Positions 53,290 to 64,000 of a stretch of 64,000 bases of DNA are shown here, piece after piece. Source of the DNA: an uncultured delta proteobacterium. GTDB lineage: Bacteria; Myxococcota_A; Polyangia; Polyangiales; Polyangiaceae. The notes beneath the pieces were generated by a model. The model made no database searches and was not told the DNA's origin. It worked only from the letters and a program-made list of their open reading frames with translations. The stretch is taken from assembly GCA_963827955.1 (NCBI GenBank), contig CAWHDJ010000018.1:1245297-1309296 (forward strand). Direction: 5' to 3'. How positions within the stretch are numbered: position 1 is the first letter of the stretch; each line of letters starts with the position of its first letter. Made by a program: the position numbers and the translations under genes.

Positions 53290-54928
53290 GGGCCTCGTCC
53301 TCCGTGAGGTCGTAGTCGTAGGGCCCCCGGTCGATGACCGGCGGCGCCAGGAAATTGTGCGTCGGCGGCGGCGAGGGCGTCTCCCACTCGAAGCTGCGCG
53401 ACCTCCACGGGTTCCTCCCCGCGCGCTCGCCCCAGCGGAGCGCGACGAGGAGGTTCACCACGGTGAGCCCGATCGCGCCCGCGAGCAGGTACGCGCCGCC
53501 GGTGGAGAGGACGTTGAGCCACTGGTACTCGGCCGGGTAGCTGTAATACCGCCGCGGCATCCCCATGTTGCCGAGCCAGAACTGCGGGATGAACGTGAGC
53601 AGGAAGCCCAGGAACACGGCGGCCGAGGTCAGGAGGCCCATCCGCTCGTCGTAGAGCCGGCCGAACATCTTCGGGAACCAGTAGTGCGCCGCGCCGAGGA
53701 AGGCCGTGAGCGAGCCGCCCACCATGATGAAGTGGAAGTGGGCGATGATGAAGTACGTGTCGTGCCAGTGGATGTCGAGCGACTGCGTCGCCAGCGCGAC
53801 CCCCGTCATCCCCCCGAAGACGAAGAGGAAGAGGAACCAGAAGAAGTAGAGCATGGGCGTCTTGAAGGCGACCCGCCCCCTGTACATCGTCGCCACCCAG
53901 GTGAAGACCTTGATGGCCGAGAAGATGGCGACGAACATCGAGAGCCCGCCGAAGAGGCCGGCGTCGACCTCGCTCATCCCAGCCACGAACATGTGGTGTC
54001 CCCAGGTGAAGAAGCCGACGAGCGCGATGCCCACCGTGGCGACGGCGATCGCGAGGTACGAGTTCGGCTGCTTGTGGGAGAAGGTGCACACCGTCTCGCT
54101 GATCACCCCCATCGCGGGCAGGATCATGATGTAGACCGCCGGGTGCGAGTAGAACCAGAAGAGGTGCTGGAAGAGCACCGGGTCACCGCCGAGCGCGGGG
54201 TCGAAGATGCCGAACTTGTAGACGTGATCGATCCCGACCAGGAGGAGCGCCAGGCCGACGACCGGCGTCGCGAGCAGGATGATGATGCTGGTGCCGTAGA
54301 GGGTCCACACGAAGAGCGGGACGCGGGTCCAGGGAATCCCCTTGGCCCGCATGGTGTGGGTGGTGACGATGAAGTTGACGCTCGTCATCATCGACGACGC
54401 GCCCAGGACGAACGCGCCGAGGGTCGAGGCGAACACGGCCGTGTCCGTCCTCGTGCTGTAGGGGGGGTAGAAGGTCCAGCCCGTGTCGAGGCCGCCCCAC
54501 ACCGTGGCCGCGAGCAGCAGCACCGCGCCGACGCAGTAGACGTAGAAGCTGAGGAGGTTCAGCCGCGGGAAGGCCAGGTCCTTGGCGCCGAGCATGATGG
54601 GCAGGACGAAGTTGCCGAAGACCGCCGGGATGGCCGGGATCAAGAAGAGGAAGATCATGACCACGCCGTGGAGCGTGAACATGCGGTTGTAGGTGTCCGC
54701 GCTCATGATGTCCCGGCCCGGGCTGATGAGCTCGGTCCTGAGGAGGAGCGCGAAGAGGCCCCCGAGGCCGAGCATGCACAGGATCAAGACGTAGAACATC
54801 AGCGCGATGCGCTTGTGATCGCGTGTGTTGAGCCACGACCTGATCCCGCGCCCCGCCCGGAGGTAGTCGGGCGGCGGCTCCTCGCCCTCCGGCAGGTCGC
54901 CCGCCCGCTCTTCGTGGACATCGCTCAT
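53267..54928 (-). CDS. ctaD: Cytochrome c oxidase subunit I
   Basis: Heme/Cu ligands HPAVYIMILP…WGHHMF…IAHFHF. 12-TM pattern. Confidence 0.9.
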   Translation of the reverse strand: MSDVHEERAGDLPEGEEPPPDYLRAGRGIRSWLNTRDHKRIALMFYVLILCMLGLGGLFALLLRTELISPGRDIMSADTYNRMFTLHGVVMIFLFLIPAIPAVFGNFVLPIMLGAKDLAFPRLNLLSFYVYCVGAVLLLAATVWGGLDTGWTFYPPYSTRTDTAVFASTLGAFVLGASSMMTSVNFIVTTHTMRAKGIPWTRVPLFVWTLYGTSIIILLATPVVGLALLLVGIDHVYKFGIFDPALGGDPVLFQHLFWFYSHPAVYIMILPAMGVISETVCTFSHKQPNSYLAIAVATVGIALVGFFTWGHHMFVAGMSEVDAGLFGGLSMFVAIFSAIKVFTWVATMYRGRVAFKTPMLYFFWFLFLFVFGGMTGVALATQSLDIHWHDTYFIIAHFHFIMVGGSLTAFLGAAHYWFPKMFGRLYDERMGLLTSAAVFLGFLLTFIPQFWLGNMGMPRRYYSYPAEYQWLNVLSTGGAYLLAGAIGLTVVNLLVALRWGERAGRNPWRSRSFEWETPSPPPTHNFLAPPVIDRGPYDYDLTEDEAHARTAST

Positions 54929-54952
54929 GACACGGCCCCCTCTCGCGTCGAA

Positions 54953-56124
54953 TCAGCGTGGGATTTCGCCCCCCGGCGGCTCCGGCCTCGGCGGGCGATT
55001 CCGCGCGCCGTGGCCCTGCGAGTCGTCCTCCTCCTCGGGCAGCCCGCCGTCCGGCTGCACGGCGAGCGGCGTCCGCGCGCCGGGCAGCGGGCGCACGCTC
55101 CGGAGCGACCTGATGAGCTCGACGATCGCCGCCGTCTCGCCGGCGTCGAGGCGCCCGATGTACGACGGCATCAGGGGCGGGTAGCCCAGGTGGATCTTCG
55201 CGTTCGGATCCATCATCGACTCGGTGAGGTACGCCTCGTCGGCGACGACCTCTCCCCCGCCGGCGAGCGGGACCGTCGACATGAAGAGCCCCGCCCACGT
55301 CGGCCCGATGTGCGGTGATGCCGTCGACCGTGTGGCACCGGAAGCAGCCCTTCTGCGCCGCCACGAGCGTGCCCTGCCGCACGAGGCTCGTGTCCTGTGC
55401 GGGGGCCACGTCGGTGAGCCCGATCCCCGGCTCCTCGTAGCGCGGGCCGGCGATCTCGAGCCTCCCCTCCGTCTTGCCGGCGAGCCACTGCTCGTACTCG
55501 CCGGGCTCCATCACGATCACGTCGGCGCGCATCGGTGGAGTGGCCGGTGCCGCAGTACTGCGTGCAGAGGACGGGGTACGTGCCCGGCGTGACCGCCTGG
55601 AACCAGGCGGTGGTGTAGCGCCCGGGGACCGCGTCCACCTTCATGCGGAAGGCCGGCACGAAGAAGCTGTGGATCACGTCGCGCGACGTGAGGACGAGCT
55701 TCACCGGGCGGCCCACGGGGACGTAGAGCTTGGCGATGGACCGCGCGCCCTCGGGGTAGGCGAACTTCCACATCCACTGCTTCGCCGTCACGTAGACGAC
55801 CATCGACCCTTCGGGCGCGATGCGCATGCGCATGAACTGCCCGAGGCCCACGATCCACCAGAGGACGAACAGGAACATGAGCCCCACCAGCGCGGCGACC
55901 TTGAAGAGAGGGTGCGGGCGCGCGTTCGACTCGGGGTTGGGCGGCTCCATCTCCGGGTAACGGCTCCGGCGATAGCGGATGAGGAAGAACCCGCCGACCA
56001 GCGTCACGAGGATCGCGCCGGCGATGGCCGAGAGGATGAGGGAGTAGTGAAGCTCGTCGAGCGCGCGCGCGTACGTCGAGGCCTGCGGGGGCAGGAAGAG
56101 GAAGCGGCGGAGGAAGCCGTTCAC
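54953..56124 (-). CDS. ctaC: Cytochrome c oxidase subunit II with a fused C-terminal cytochrome c domain (caa3-type). It spans three frames.
   Basis: CuA motif CTQYCGTGHS. Heme c site CFRCH. Two N-terminal TM helices. Confidence 0.8.
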
Positions 56125-56957
56125 GCCCGGCCTCCCTTCCTCCGCCCGGCGAGGGCGGCCGCCGCGACGACGCCCGCGACGGTGACGAGGATGAGGACGC
56201 CGCCGAGGCGGATGAACCCCAGAATGTAAGGCCCATACGCGCGCGAGGCCGGGTCGTAGTGGTAACAGGTCATGATCACCCGGTCGACGATGCTCCCGAT
56301 GTTCCCCTTCCCGGCCTCGAGCAGCGCGAGGCGCAGATCGCGGGCGGCGAACGTCGCGCCGTAGAGGTAGCGAGAGATGCGCCCGTCGGGCGTCAGGACG
56401 ACCAGCGCGGCCGGGTGCGCGTACTCCCCGGTCCTCGCGTCGTAGGCGTAGCGGAACCCGATGTCGTCCGCGAGGGCGGCCGTCGCGTGCGCGTCGCCCA
56501 CGAGGAAGGGCCACTCCGAACAGTGGGCAGGCGCGCGCGAGAGCCCCGCGAGCGTGCTCGTCCGCTTGCGGGCGGCGGCCTCGGGGGTGTCGCGCGGGTC
56601 GAAGCTCACGGTGATCGCGCGGTAGTCGTCGCCGAGCCGGTACGGGAGCTTGCCGAGCCCCTCCACCGCGCTCCGGAGGACGAGGCCGCAGAGCATGGGA
56701 CAGTGGTAGTACGCGAGGATGAGCACCACCGGCTTGCCGCTCCCGAGGGCCTCACCGAGGGTGACCTTCCTCCCCAGCATGTCGGTGAATGGCAGCGAGC
56801 GATCGACGGCCTGGCCGAGGTGCTCCTCGATGTCGACCGCCTGCGCGACGGGCGGGAGCGCCGTCGGGCCCCTCGTCGGCGCGAGCCCCTCGGCCCCGAG
56901 CGCGGCCTCCGGCGCCAGCGCGAGCGCGAGCGCGACGACGATAGCCCTGATCTTCAT
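56121..56957 (-). CDS. SCO1/SenC copper chaperone
   Basis: Thioredoxin-like CPMLC with H (YAHPAALVV); TM anchor. Confidence 0.8.
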   Translation of the reverse strand: MKIRAIVVALALALAPEAALGAEGLAPTRGPTALPPVAQAVDIEEHLGQAVDRSLPFTDMLGRKVTLGEALGSGKPVVLILAYYHCPMLCGLVLRSAVEGLGKLPYRLGDDYRAITVSFDPRDTPEAAARKRTSTLAGLSRAPAHCSEWPFLVGDAHATAALADDIGFRYAYDARTGEYAHPAALVVLTPDGRISRYLYGATFAARDLRLALLEAGKGNIGSIVDRVIMTCYHYDPASRAYGPYILGFIRLGGVLILVTVAGVVAAAALAGRRKGGRA

Positions 56958-57323
56958 GGCCGCCTCCCCGCCGCCACGAGATCGATCGCGCGATCGATCG
57001 GGATCCTGACGACGCCGTGATCCTCGTCGACCCACCCATAGGAGGAGAGGTCCTCGCGCTGCTGCTCGGTCACGGACGCGCGCCCGCGCTTCCCTCCGAA
57101 GATGTCCTGCCGGACCCTGGCCACCGCGTGCCGCGGCCCGAGGTGCCGCTCCGGGAACGCGCCCGAGGGGCGGAGCTCGGCGAAGTGCCTGTTCATGAGC
57201 CAGACGGCCAGGATGACCATGATCACGGCGATCCCGGTCGCGGCCCCCAGACCGATGGCGATGTGCCGGATCTGGACGACGTCCTCTTCCTGGTGCATCT
57301 CCCCGTGGCGAACGCGATACGTC
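56954..57323 (-). CDS. Small single-TM protein between actF and SCO1 (possibly ActG-like)
   Basis: MTYRVRHGEMHQEEDVVQIRHIAIGLGAATGIAVIMVILAVWLM… Position only; no motif. Confidence 0.35.
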
Positions 57324-58512
57324 ATAGGCTCTCGTACCTCCGCGCGTCCGGCAGGAACGGGTCGTTCACCGGCACCATGCGCACGCCGCGCAGCCGGTAG
57401 ACTCCGTAGATGACCGTCGCGCCCCCGACGGCGAGGAGCGCGCCGAGATCGACGAGGCTGACGGGGCTGCCCGTCGGCCGGGCCGGCGGCATCACCGTCC
57501 AGTGCAGGTCGATGTAGTGCGCGGCGAGCACCCACGCGGCGATGGCCGCGAGCGGGCCGCGGCGCCGCTTCAGGTCGTAGCTGAGGAGCAGCAAGAACGG
57601 CAGGACGAACTGCGCGACCACCAGGACGACGCTCTCCACGAGCCAGCCGCCGTGCGCCCGGGCCAGATAGAACGTGATCTCGTCTGGCTTGTTGGCGATC
57701 CACATGAGCATGAACTGGAAGAACTCCGTGTATGCCCAGAAGATGACGAACGCGAGGAGCAGGCGGCCGAGGGCGTAGTAGTGAGAGTCGTTGATCCCCG
57801 GGATGAGCCCGCACCTGTCCGCCGCCGCGGTGAGCACGGTGAGCAGCGCTAGCGCGCCGAGGAACCCGCCGGCGAAGTAGCGGACCGGGAACATCGTCGA
57901 TTGCCACTGTGGCAAGAGCGTCATGATCCAGTCGAACGCGGCGAACGACACGGCGAGCGCGACGAGCGGGAGGAGGACGCCGCTCATCGCGTACATCCGG
58001 TCGCCGACGGCGGGCCCGGCGCCGCGATCCTGCGCGAGCGACCAGCGGCGCAGCCAGTAGCCGACGAAGATCCAGATCACGAGGTAGCCCGCCGCGCGCC
58101 AGAGGAACCAGCCGAGGTTCAGGTACGGTGCGCGGAGGGCGACGAGCGCGCGGGCGTGCTCGTCGACGAGCGTCTCCGGCCGGAGCCACGGGTAGAGGTC
58201 GCGCAGGCCGAGGAGCAGGGGGAAGAAGAGCAGGAGCAGGAACGGGAACGTGGCGACGATCGCCTCGGTCAGGCGGCGCAGGAGCGTCGGCCACGTGGCG
58301 TGCATCGCGTGGCAGATCATCAGGAAGATGAGCGCGCCGGTCACGATGGTCACGACGTAGTTGTACGCGGCGAGGTACGCGAAGAAGATCTGCCGGGGCT
58401 CGACGAACGCCCACGCGATCAGCGTGACGACGCCGACGATCGTCGCCGCGGCGGAGACACGGACGAGCTTGCCCGCCCCGCGAAACTCCGGTGCTTCGAT
58501 CTCGTTCATCGG
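57322..58512 (-). CDS. actF: Alternative complex III subunit ActF (NrfD-like membrane protein)
   Basis: Polytopic membrane protein that starts MNEIEAPEFRGAGKLVRV…, downstream of actE. Confidence 0.65.
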   Translation of the reverse strand, partial: PMNEIEAPEFRGAGKLVRVSAAATIVGVVTLIAWAFVEPRQIFFAYLAAYNYVVTIVTGALIFLMICHAMHATWPTLLRRLTEAIVATFPFLLLLFFPLLLGLRDLYPWLRPETLVDEHARALVALRAPYLNLGWFLWRAAGYLVIWIFVGYWLRRWSLAQDRGAGPAVGDRMYAMSGVLLPLVALAVSFAAFDWIMTLLPQWQSTMFPVRYFAGGFLGALALLTVLTAAADRCGLIPGINDSHYYALGRLLLAFVIFWAYTEFFQFMLMWIANKPDEITFYLARAHGGWLVESVVLVVAQFVLPFLLLLSYDLKRRRGPLAAIAAWVLAAHYIDLHWTVMPPARPTGSPVSLVDLGALLAVGGATVIYGVYRLRGVRMVPVNDPFLPDARRYESL

Positions 58513-59120
58513 AGCTGCCTTTCCGCCTCTCCCCGCACGTCGGGCGGGAGCGCGTCGAGCTTCACCCCCTGGCTGAGCTGGAGGGCGCGGAGGTAGGCCA
58601 CCACGCTCCAGCGCTCCTCGGGCGACACCAGATCTTCCGCGTAGGAGCGCATGAGCCCGTATCCCTCGTCGACGACCTGGTAGATGCGCCCCGACGGAAG
58701 CCTGCGCGCGGCCGACCCGGCGATGGCGGGGGGGCGGCGCAGGTCCATGTTCTCGGCGACGATCGAGACGCCGTCGCCGCGGAGGCCGTGGCAGGCGGCG
58801 CAGTAGATCTCGAACCGCTTCCTCCCGGCGAGGAGGAGATCGCGGGTGACCGGGATGGGGATGTCGTCGACGTAGGCGCCGTGGTCGAGCCCGGTCAGCT
58901 CCGCCGGCGTGCCCGTCGGCGCGCCGCGCGCGACGGTGCCCTCGGGCGGCTCCTGGAGCGCGCGCCCGTCGCGGAAATAACCGCAGCGCTGCCAGGTCGT
59001 GAACCTGTTCTGGTAGATCATCCGCTGGAAATCGATCGGCGGCACGAGCGAGCACGCCGGCAGGAAGGCGGCGAGCCACAGCGCGTTGCGCGCGAGCCGG
59101 AGGCCGCGCGGGCGGCTCAT
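58506..59120 (-). CDS. actE: Alternative complex III subunit ActE (monoheme cytochrome c lipoprotein)
   Basis: Lipobox LAAFLPACSL. Heme motif CAACHG. Confidence 0.7.
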   Translation of the reverse strand: MSRPRGLRLARNALWLAAFLPACSLVPPIDFQRMIYQNRFTTWQRCGYFRDGRALQEPPEGTVARGAPTGTPAELTGLDHGAYVDDIPIPVTRDLLLAGRKRFEIYCAACHGLRGDGVSIVAENMDLRRPPAIAGSAARRLPSGRIYQVVDEGYGLMRSYAEDLVSPEERWSVVAYLRALQLSQGVKLDALPPDVRGEAERQLR

Positions 59121-59649
59121 CGCTCCCTCCGCTTCGCGTAGGCGACCTTGAGCGCGCCGAGCTCGTGGAGGGCGCGCTCGAGGTCCACGGGGTTGTACTG
59201 GGGGTCGCGATCGTCGACGCCCACCCAGAAGCGGTCGATCGAGGCCCGGGCGAAGCCCTCCACGTCGAAGACCGGCGACCAGAGCTGCGGCAGCCCGCAC
59301 AGCATCATGAAGATGACGATGCCGGAGACGGACGCCGAGAGGACGCCGCTCTCGAACGTGATGGGGATGAACGCCGGCGCCGAGTTGAGCGGGCGGCCGC
59401 CCACGTTGAGGGGATAGTCGAACGCGTTGCAGAACCACTGCACGAGGAAGGCGAGCCCGCGCCGCCCAGCGCGATCGGGAACACGATCCAGTTGAGGCGC
59501 GAGCGCGGACGGCCGAGCGCCTGCTCGAGGCCCTTGACCGGGTAGGGAGTGAAGGCGTCGAGATCCCGGTAGCCAAGGCGCCGCAGCTCCACGAGCGCGC
59601 GCACCACCTCCTCCGGCGTGAGGAACTCGGCGACGATGCCTGCGTACAT
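59117..59649 (-). CDS. actD: Alternative complex III subunit ActD. It has a frameshift near 59470.
   Basis: [38 protein letters not shown]… plus a TM helix in the second frame. Its ATG overlaps the actC stop (ATGA). Confidence 0.55.
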
Positions 59650-60998
59650 CAGTGCTCCCCCTTCTCCTTCTGGATCTCGTGCGCGAGCTCCTTGACCTCC
59701 GCGACGGGGATGAAGGGGAAGAAGCGCATGAAGAGCAGGAAGAGGACCATGAAGAAACCCCCCGTCCCGGCGAAGATCCCCCAGTCGACGATGGTGGGGG
59801 CGTACCAGTGCCACTTGGAGGGCAGGTACTCCTGCTGGAGCCCCTGGACGACGATCACGAACCGCTCCGTCCACATCCCGATGTTGACGAAGATCGCGAT
59901 GATCCAGAGGGCGACGGGGCTCGTCCTGAGCCGCTTCGACCAGAGGAGCTGGAGGACGCCGATGTTGCAGATCTGGTTGATCCAGAACACGGCGTTGTTG
60001 GGGCCGAAGGGCCGCGCCATGAAGAACTGGTAGCGCTCGAAGGGAGAGCCCGAGTACCAGGCGACGAAGTCCTCGATGATGTACGAGTAGACGACGATCC
60101 AGCCGGTCGTGAGCAGCATCTTCCCCAGCGCGTCGAGGTGCTTCTCGGTGATGACGTTGTGGAGCTTCCAGAAGTGCCGCGCCGGCATGAGGAGCGTGAC
60201 CACGAGCCCGAAGCCCGAGAAGATGGCGCCCGCGACGAAGAAGGGCGGGAAGATGGTCGAGTGCCAGCCCGGAGTCAGGGCGATGGCGAAATCGGTGCTG
60301 ACGATCGAGTGGACCGAGAGCACGAGGGGCGTCGCCAGGCCGGCGAGCAGGCCGTAGAGCAGGCGGTAGTGGCGGTGGTGGACCGCCGATCCCCGCCAGC
60401 CGAGGGAGAGGATGCCGTAGACGATCCGCTGCGCCCGCCCCGGCGCGCGGTCGCGCAGCGACGCGAAGTCGGGGAGGAGGCCCAGGTACCAGAAGAGGAG
60501 CGAGACGGTGAAATAGGTGAACACCGCCGCGGCGTCCCAGGGGAGCGCGCTCCGGAAATTGGGCCACGTGCGCATCGTCGCCGGATAGGGGACGAGCCAG
60601 TAGAAGAACCACGGCCGCCCGAGGTGCAGGAGCGGGTACATCCCCGCCTGGATGACGGCGAAGAGCGTCATCGCCTCGGTGAAGCGGTTGATGCTCGTCC
60701 TCCACCGCTGCTCGAGGAGCAGGAGGATGGCAGAGATGAAGGTGCCGGCGTGGCCGATCCCGATCCACCAGACGAAGTTGATGATCGCGAACGCCCAGGC
60801 GACGGGGATGTTGTTGCCCCAGAGCCCGATGCCGGTGAAGACGGTCGCGGTAACCCCCACGACCATGATCGAGAAGAAGACACCCGCGATCGCGAGGCCG
60901 AGCCACCACCGGATGGTGCGCGGCGTCCACACCGGCGAGAGGAGCTGCTCGGAGAGCGAGCGGTCGGTCGGCTTGCCGAGGATGACGCCCGGATCCAC
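59649..60998 (-). CDS. actC: Alternative complex III subunit ActC (NrfD/PsrC-like quinol-interacting membrane subunit)
   Basis: 10-TM NrfD-like profile. Intact 449-aa ORF. Confidence 0.85.
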   Translation of the reverse strand: MDPGVILGKPTDRSLSEQLLSPVWTPRTIRWWLGLAIAGVFFSIMVVGVTATVFTGIGLWGNNIPVAWAFAIINFVWWIGIGHAGTFISAILLLLEQRWRTSINRFTEAMTLFAVIQAGMYPLLHLGRPWFFYWLVPYPATMRTWPNFRSALPWDAAAVFTYFTVSLLFWYLGLLPDFASLRDRAPGRAQRIVYGILSLGWRGSAVHHRHYRLLYGLLAGLATPLVLSVHSIVSTDFAIALTPGWHSTIFPPFFVAGAIFSGFGLVVTLLMPARHFWKLHNVITEKHLDALGKMLLTTGWIVVYSYIIEDFVAWYSGSPFERYQFFMARPFGPNNAVFWINQICNIGVLQLLWSKRLRTSPVALWIIAIFVNIGMWTERFVIVVQGLQQEYLPSKWHWYAPTIVDWGIFAGTGGFFMVLFLLFMRFFPFIPVAEVKELAHEIQKEKGEH

Positions 60999-61001
60999 GG
61001 C

Positions 61002-63977
61002 TCACCCGATGTCCGGGTTGGGGTTGTCGATGCACGCGAGGTACACCGTGCGCGGGCGCGTCCCGAGCTCGTGCAGCACCGCGAAGGCCCGCGGCTCCTC
61101 GCGCCGCTGTACCATCTTGGTCTCCCGGTGCTTGAGCGATCCGAACTGGATGGCTCCCGTCGGACAGGCCTGCTGACACGCGGTCACCACCTCTCCCGGG
61201 CGGATGGCGCGGCCCTCGACGCGGGCGTGGATCTCCACCTCGCGGATCCGCTGCACGCAGTAGGTGCACTTCTCCATCACCCCGCGCTGGCGCACGGTGA
61301 CGTCGGGGTTGTGCTGGAGCGTGACGGAGCCCTGGTTTGCGGGCTCCCATTCGTTCCAGTCGAACCAGTTGAAGCGCCGCACCTTGTAGGGGCAGTTGTT
61401 CGAGCAGAAGCGCGTCCCGACGCAGCGGTTGTAGACCATCTCGTTGAGCCCGTCGGGGCTGTGCACGGTGGCGTTGACCGGGCAGACGTACTCGCAGGGC
61501 GCCTTCTCGCAGTGCTGGCAGAGCATGGGCTCGTTGACGACCCTCGGGTTGTGCACGTCGCCGTGGAGGTAGGTGTCGATCCGGAGCCAGAGCATCTGCC
61601 GGCCCTTCACGACCTGCTCCTTGCCCACGACGAGGATGTTGTTCTCGGCCTGGCAGGCGACGACGCAGGAGCTGCAGCCGGTGCAGATGGTCGTGTCGAT
61701 GGTCATCGCCCACTGCTCGCCGGTCTCGTCCACGGGCGAGAAGAGCGTGGGCTGGTCGCCGCGCAGCTCGGCCGTGAACTCGGGGTTGTACCGGTACTCG
61801 GCGAGCGTGGCGTGGAGCGCGATGGGGCGCTCGTCCACCGTGGTCAGCTCGAGCTGCGACCGCGCGAGCGCGTAGTGCTCACCCTTGCGCTTGCGGAGCG
61901 AGAGGCCCGGCGCGAACCACGGGGCGCGCGTCGTGCGCAGCAGGTACGCGTCGAACCCGATGGCCCTCTGCGACCGACTCGGCCGCGCCGCGCCGCCCCC
62001 AGCCCAGGTGGAGCGTGGCCGCGTCCTCCGCGTGTCCCGCGACGGTGAGCACCGGCGCGCGCACGCGTCCTCCCCGCGAGATCGAGGTCGACGACGTCCT
62101 CGTCCAGGAGCCCGAGGCGGGCCGCCGTCGCGGGCGCGAGGTGCACCGCGTTGTCCCACGTGAGGTGGGTGAGCGGCTTTGGGAGCTCGATGAGCCAGGC
62201 GTTGTTGGTGAAGCGACCGTCGTACACGTTCGGATCGACCGCGAACGACACCTCGAGCCCGCCGGCCGCCGGCGGCGCCGCGGGCATCTTCGCGAGCGCC
62301 GCGGCGAGCGGGGCGGCGGCGATGTCGTGATCCCTCCTCGGCGCGGCGCTGCCGGCGACGAGCCCACGCCGGAGCGCGTCCTCCCAGCGCGCGTCGAGGT
62401 CGGAGAGGCCTGCGCGGCGCTCCCACGATCGACGGAGCATGCGCCGCGGATCGGGATCGTCCTCTCCCGCGAAGAGCGCGAGCAGCTCCGCCACCGTGCG
62501 GCCCCCGTGAAGGGGCGCGATCAGCGGCTGGACGAGCGACGCCGTGCCGTCGTACGCCCGCGCGTCGGCCCACGACTCGAGGGCGTGCGCGGCGGGGATG
62601 AACCAGCCTGCGAGCGCCGCCGTCTCGTCCTCGTAGTCGCCGAGGTAGACGACGTCCTTCACCTTCGCGACGCGCGCGGCGAACTCGAAATCGGCGGGCG
62701 CGCTGTACGCAGGATTCCCCTGGACGACCACCAGCGTGTCGACGGCGCCGCGATCGATCTCGGCGACGAGATCCCCGAGCTTCCTGCTGCGCTTCGCCCG
62801 CGTCGACGAGCGTCGGGTCGATTGTCCACGCCGTGTCGTGGTTGCCCAGCGCGGCGTTCATCACGTGTCCCAGCGCGTGCACGATCGGGGGTTGCCGCGC
62901 CCCCACGGTCACCACGCTCGCGCCCGCGTGGCGGACGAGATCCTGCGCGATCGCCTGAATCAGAGGCTCGTCGGCGCCGGGCTTGAACCTCCCGAGCGCC
63001 GCCGTGATCTCCTCCGGCACGTGCCTGCCCGAGGCGGCGATGGCGGCAGAGATGCGCGCGGCGACGTGCGCGATCTCGCTCGGCCTCCGCGGGAGGCGGT
63101 GGTCCGCGACGCTGCCGGTCGGCGTCGGCATGGTCTCCACGACGTAGAGCCGGCTCATGTCCGCGTCCGGCGTCGCAGGCCCCCGCCGCTCCGCCCACGC
63201 GCGCGCGTAGGGGATGGAGAACGGGCCCGAGCCGAGGAAGTCGTCGTCGAGCGAGAGGACGCGGTACGCGCGGCGGAAGTCGTGGATCGGCTGCGCGGGG
63301 GCGCCGAAGGCGAGGCGTGCCCCGAGGGCGCGGTGGCCGCCGTCGGCGGGTGAGTGGAACGTGAAGCGCGCCGCCGGAAAGCGCGCGCGGAGGCGGTTCA
63401 CCAGGTCGCCGACGAGCGGGGAGCCGGTCGGCTCGAGGAGGAAGCGGAGCCCCGCGCCCCCGTCCGCGCGCCCGCCGGCGAAGCGCACGGCGAGCCCTGC
63501 CCACGTCGCCGCCGCGCCGCCCGGGGCGCGCATCGCGCGCGCGCGATCCGGGTCGTAGACGCCGAGCGCGGCCGCCTGGTCGAAGGCGGTGGTCGCGCCG
63601 AGGCTCGCCGGGTGATCGGGGTTGCCCTCGATCTTGATGGGCCGCCCGTCGTAGCTCTCGACGAGCACGCCCGTGGCGAAGCCGTCGAGGACGAGGCTCG
63701 TCGCGTAGACGCGGGGGACGCCCGGCAGGATGTCCTTCGGACTCCGCGTGAAGGGCAGGATCTTCTCCCCCCGCATGCGCGTGCAGCCGGCGAGCCCCGC
63801 GAGGGCCATGCTGGCCCCGAGGAGCTTCATCCACGCGCGCCGCGACGGGTCGGCGGGGACGCCCTCGGCCGCGAGCCGGCCGAGCTCGCGGAGGCTCGTG
63901 TTGGGGGCGGGGCCTCCGCCCTCCTCCGCATTATCGGGGCTGCCCACGACAGGGAGCGATTCTGTGTTTGAGGTCAC
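61002..63977 (-). CDS. actB: Alternative complex III subunit ActB (molybdopterin-oxidoreductase-like plus 4Fe-4S ferredoxin fusion). It spans several frames.
   Basis: Tat-like N-terminus (SRRAWMKLLGASMALAGLAGC). FeS clusters CTGCSSCVVACQAEN…CQHCEKAPCEYVCP…CVGTRFCSNNCPYKVRRF…CTYCVQRI…CQQACPTGAI. Confidence 0.8.
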   Translation of the reverse strand: MTSNTESLPVVGSPDNAEEGGGPAPNTSLRELGRLAAEGVPADPSRRAWMKLLGASMALAGLAGCTRMRGEKILPFTRSPKDILPGVPRVYATSLVLDGFATGVLVESYDGRPIKIEGNPDHPASLGATTAFDQAAALGVYDPDRARAMRAPGGAAATWAGLAVRFAGGRADGGAGLRFLLEPTGSPLVGDLVNRLRARFPAARFTFHSPADGGHRALGARLAFGAPAQPIHDFRRAYRVLSLDDDFLGSGPFSIPYARAWAERRGPATPDADMSRLYVVETMPTPTGSVADHRLPRRPSEIAHVAARISAAIAASGRHVPEEITAALGRFKPGADEPLIQAIAQDLVRHAGASVVTVGARQPPIVHALGHVMNAALGNHDTAWTIDPTLVDAGEAQQEARGSRRRDRSRRRRHAGGRPGESCVQRARRFRVRRARREGEGRRLPRRLRGRDGGARRLVHPRRARPRVVGRRAGVRRHGVARPAADRAPSRGPHGGGAARALRGRGRSRSAAHAPSIVGAPRRPLRPRRALGGRAPAWARRRQRRAEEGSRHRRRPARRGAREDARGAAGGRRARGVVRGRSERVRRSLHQQRLAHRAPKAAHPPHVGQRGAPRARDGGPPRAPGRGRRRPRSRGEDACARRCSPSRDTRRTRPRSTWAGGGAARPSRSQRAIGFDAYLLRTTRAPWFAPGLSLRKRKGEHYALARSQLELTTVDERPIALHATLAEYRYNPEFTAELRGDQPTLFSPVDETGEQWAMTIDTTICTGCSSCVVACQAENNILVVGKEQVVKGRQMLWLRIDTYLHGDVHNPRVVNEPMLCQHCEKAPCEYVCPVNATVHSPDGLNEMVYNRCVGTRFCSNNCPYKVRRFNWFDWNEWEPANQGSVTLQHNPDVTVRQRGVMEKCTYCVQRIREVEIHARVEGRAIRPGEVVTACQQACPTGAIQFGSLKHRETKMVQRREEPRAFAVLHELGTRPRTVYLACIDNPNPDIG

Positions 63978-64000
63978 CCACGCTGCATCTCTTTTCTCTG

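Overview
This is a high-GC (about 70%) chromosomal segment with myxobacterial (Polyangiaceae/Sorangium-like) character: many lipoproteins, Cys-rich-repeat and SBBP-repeat secreted proteins, a Ser/Thr kinase-AAA-TPR regulator and an FHA-sigma54 activator. A caveat applies to every coding call. Most genes are split across two or three overlapping ORFs in different frames, and several of the breaks sit in G/C homopolymer runs, so the window behaves like an indel-rich draft assembly. Genes are therefore given as spans and not as clean ORFs. Two blocks are conserved core: recO-tsaB-htrA-mvaA-hisC, and an alternative complex III (actB-F) - SCO1 - caa3 oxidase (ctaC/D/E, subunit IV) supercluster at 52-64 kb. 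The accessory content is as follows. Mobile and repeat DNA: an IS630 element plus an inverted 3' IS630 remnant that truncates an ada-like gene; an N-terminally truncated ExeA/TniB-like AAA ATPase; three families of intergenic palindromic elements (a 215-bp MITE-like element in 2 copies, a 165-180-bp nested palindrome in 3 copies, and a 90-bp perfect palindrome); and two arrays of 21-bp in-frame tandem repeats. Gene clusters: three tandem paralogous lipoprotein genes; a Rieske protein / ferritin-like protein / small Cys-rich peptide operon; a Rieske oxygenase plus two divergent membrane desaturases plus Coq4 cluster; and a C39-like peptidase fused to an HExxH zincin. No rRNA, tRNA or CRISPR array was recognised.
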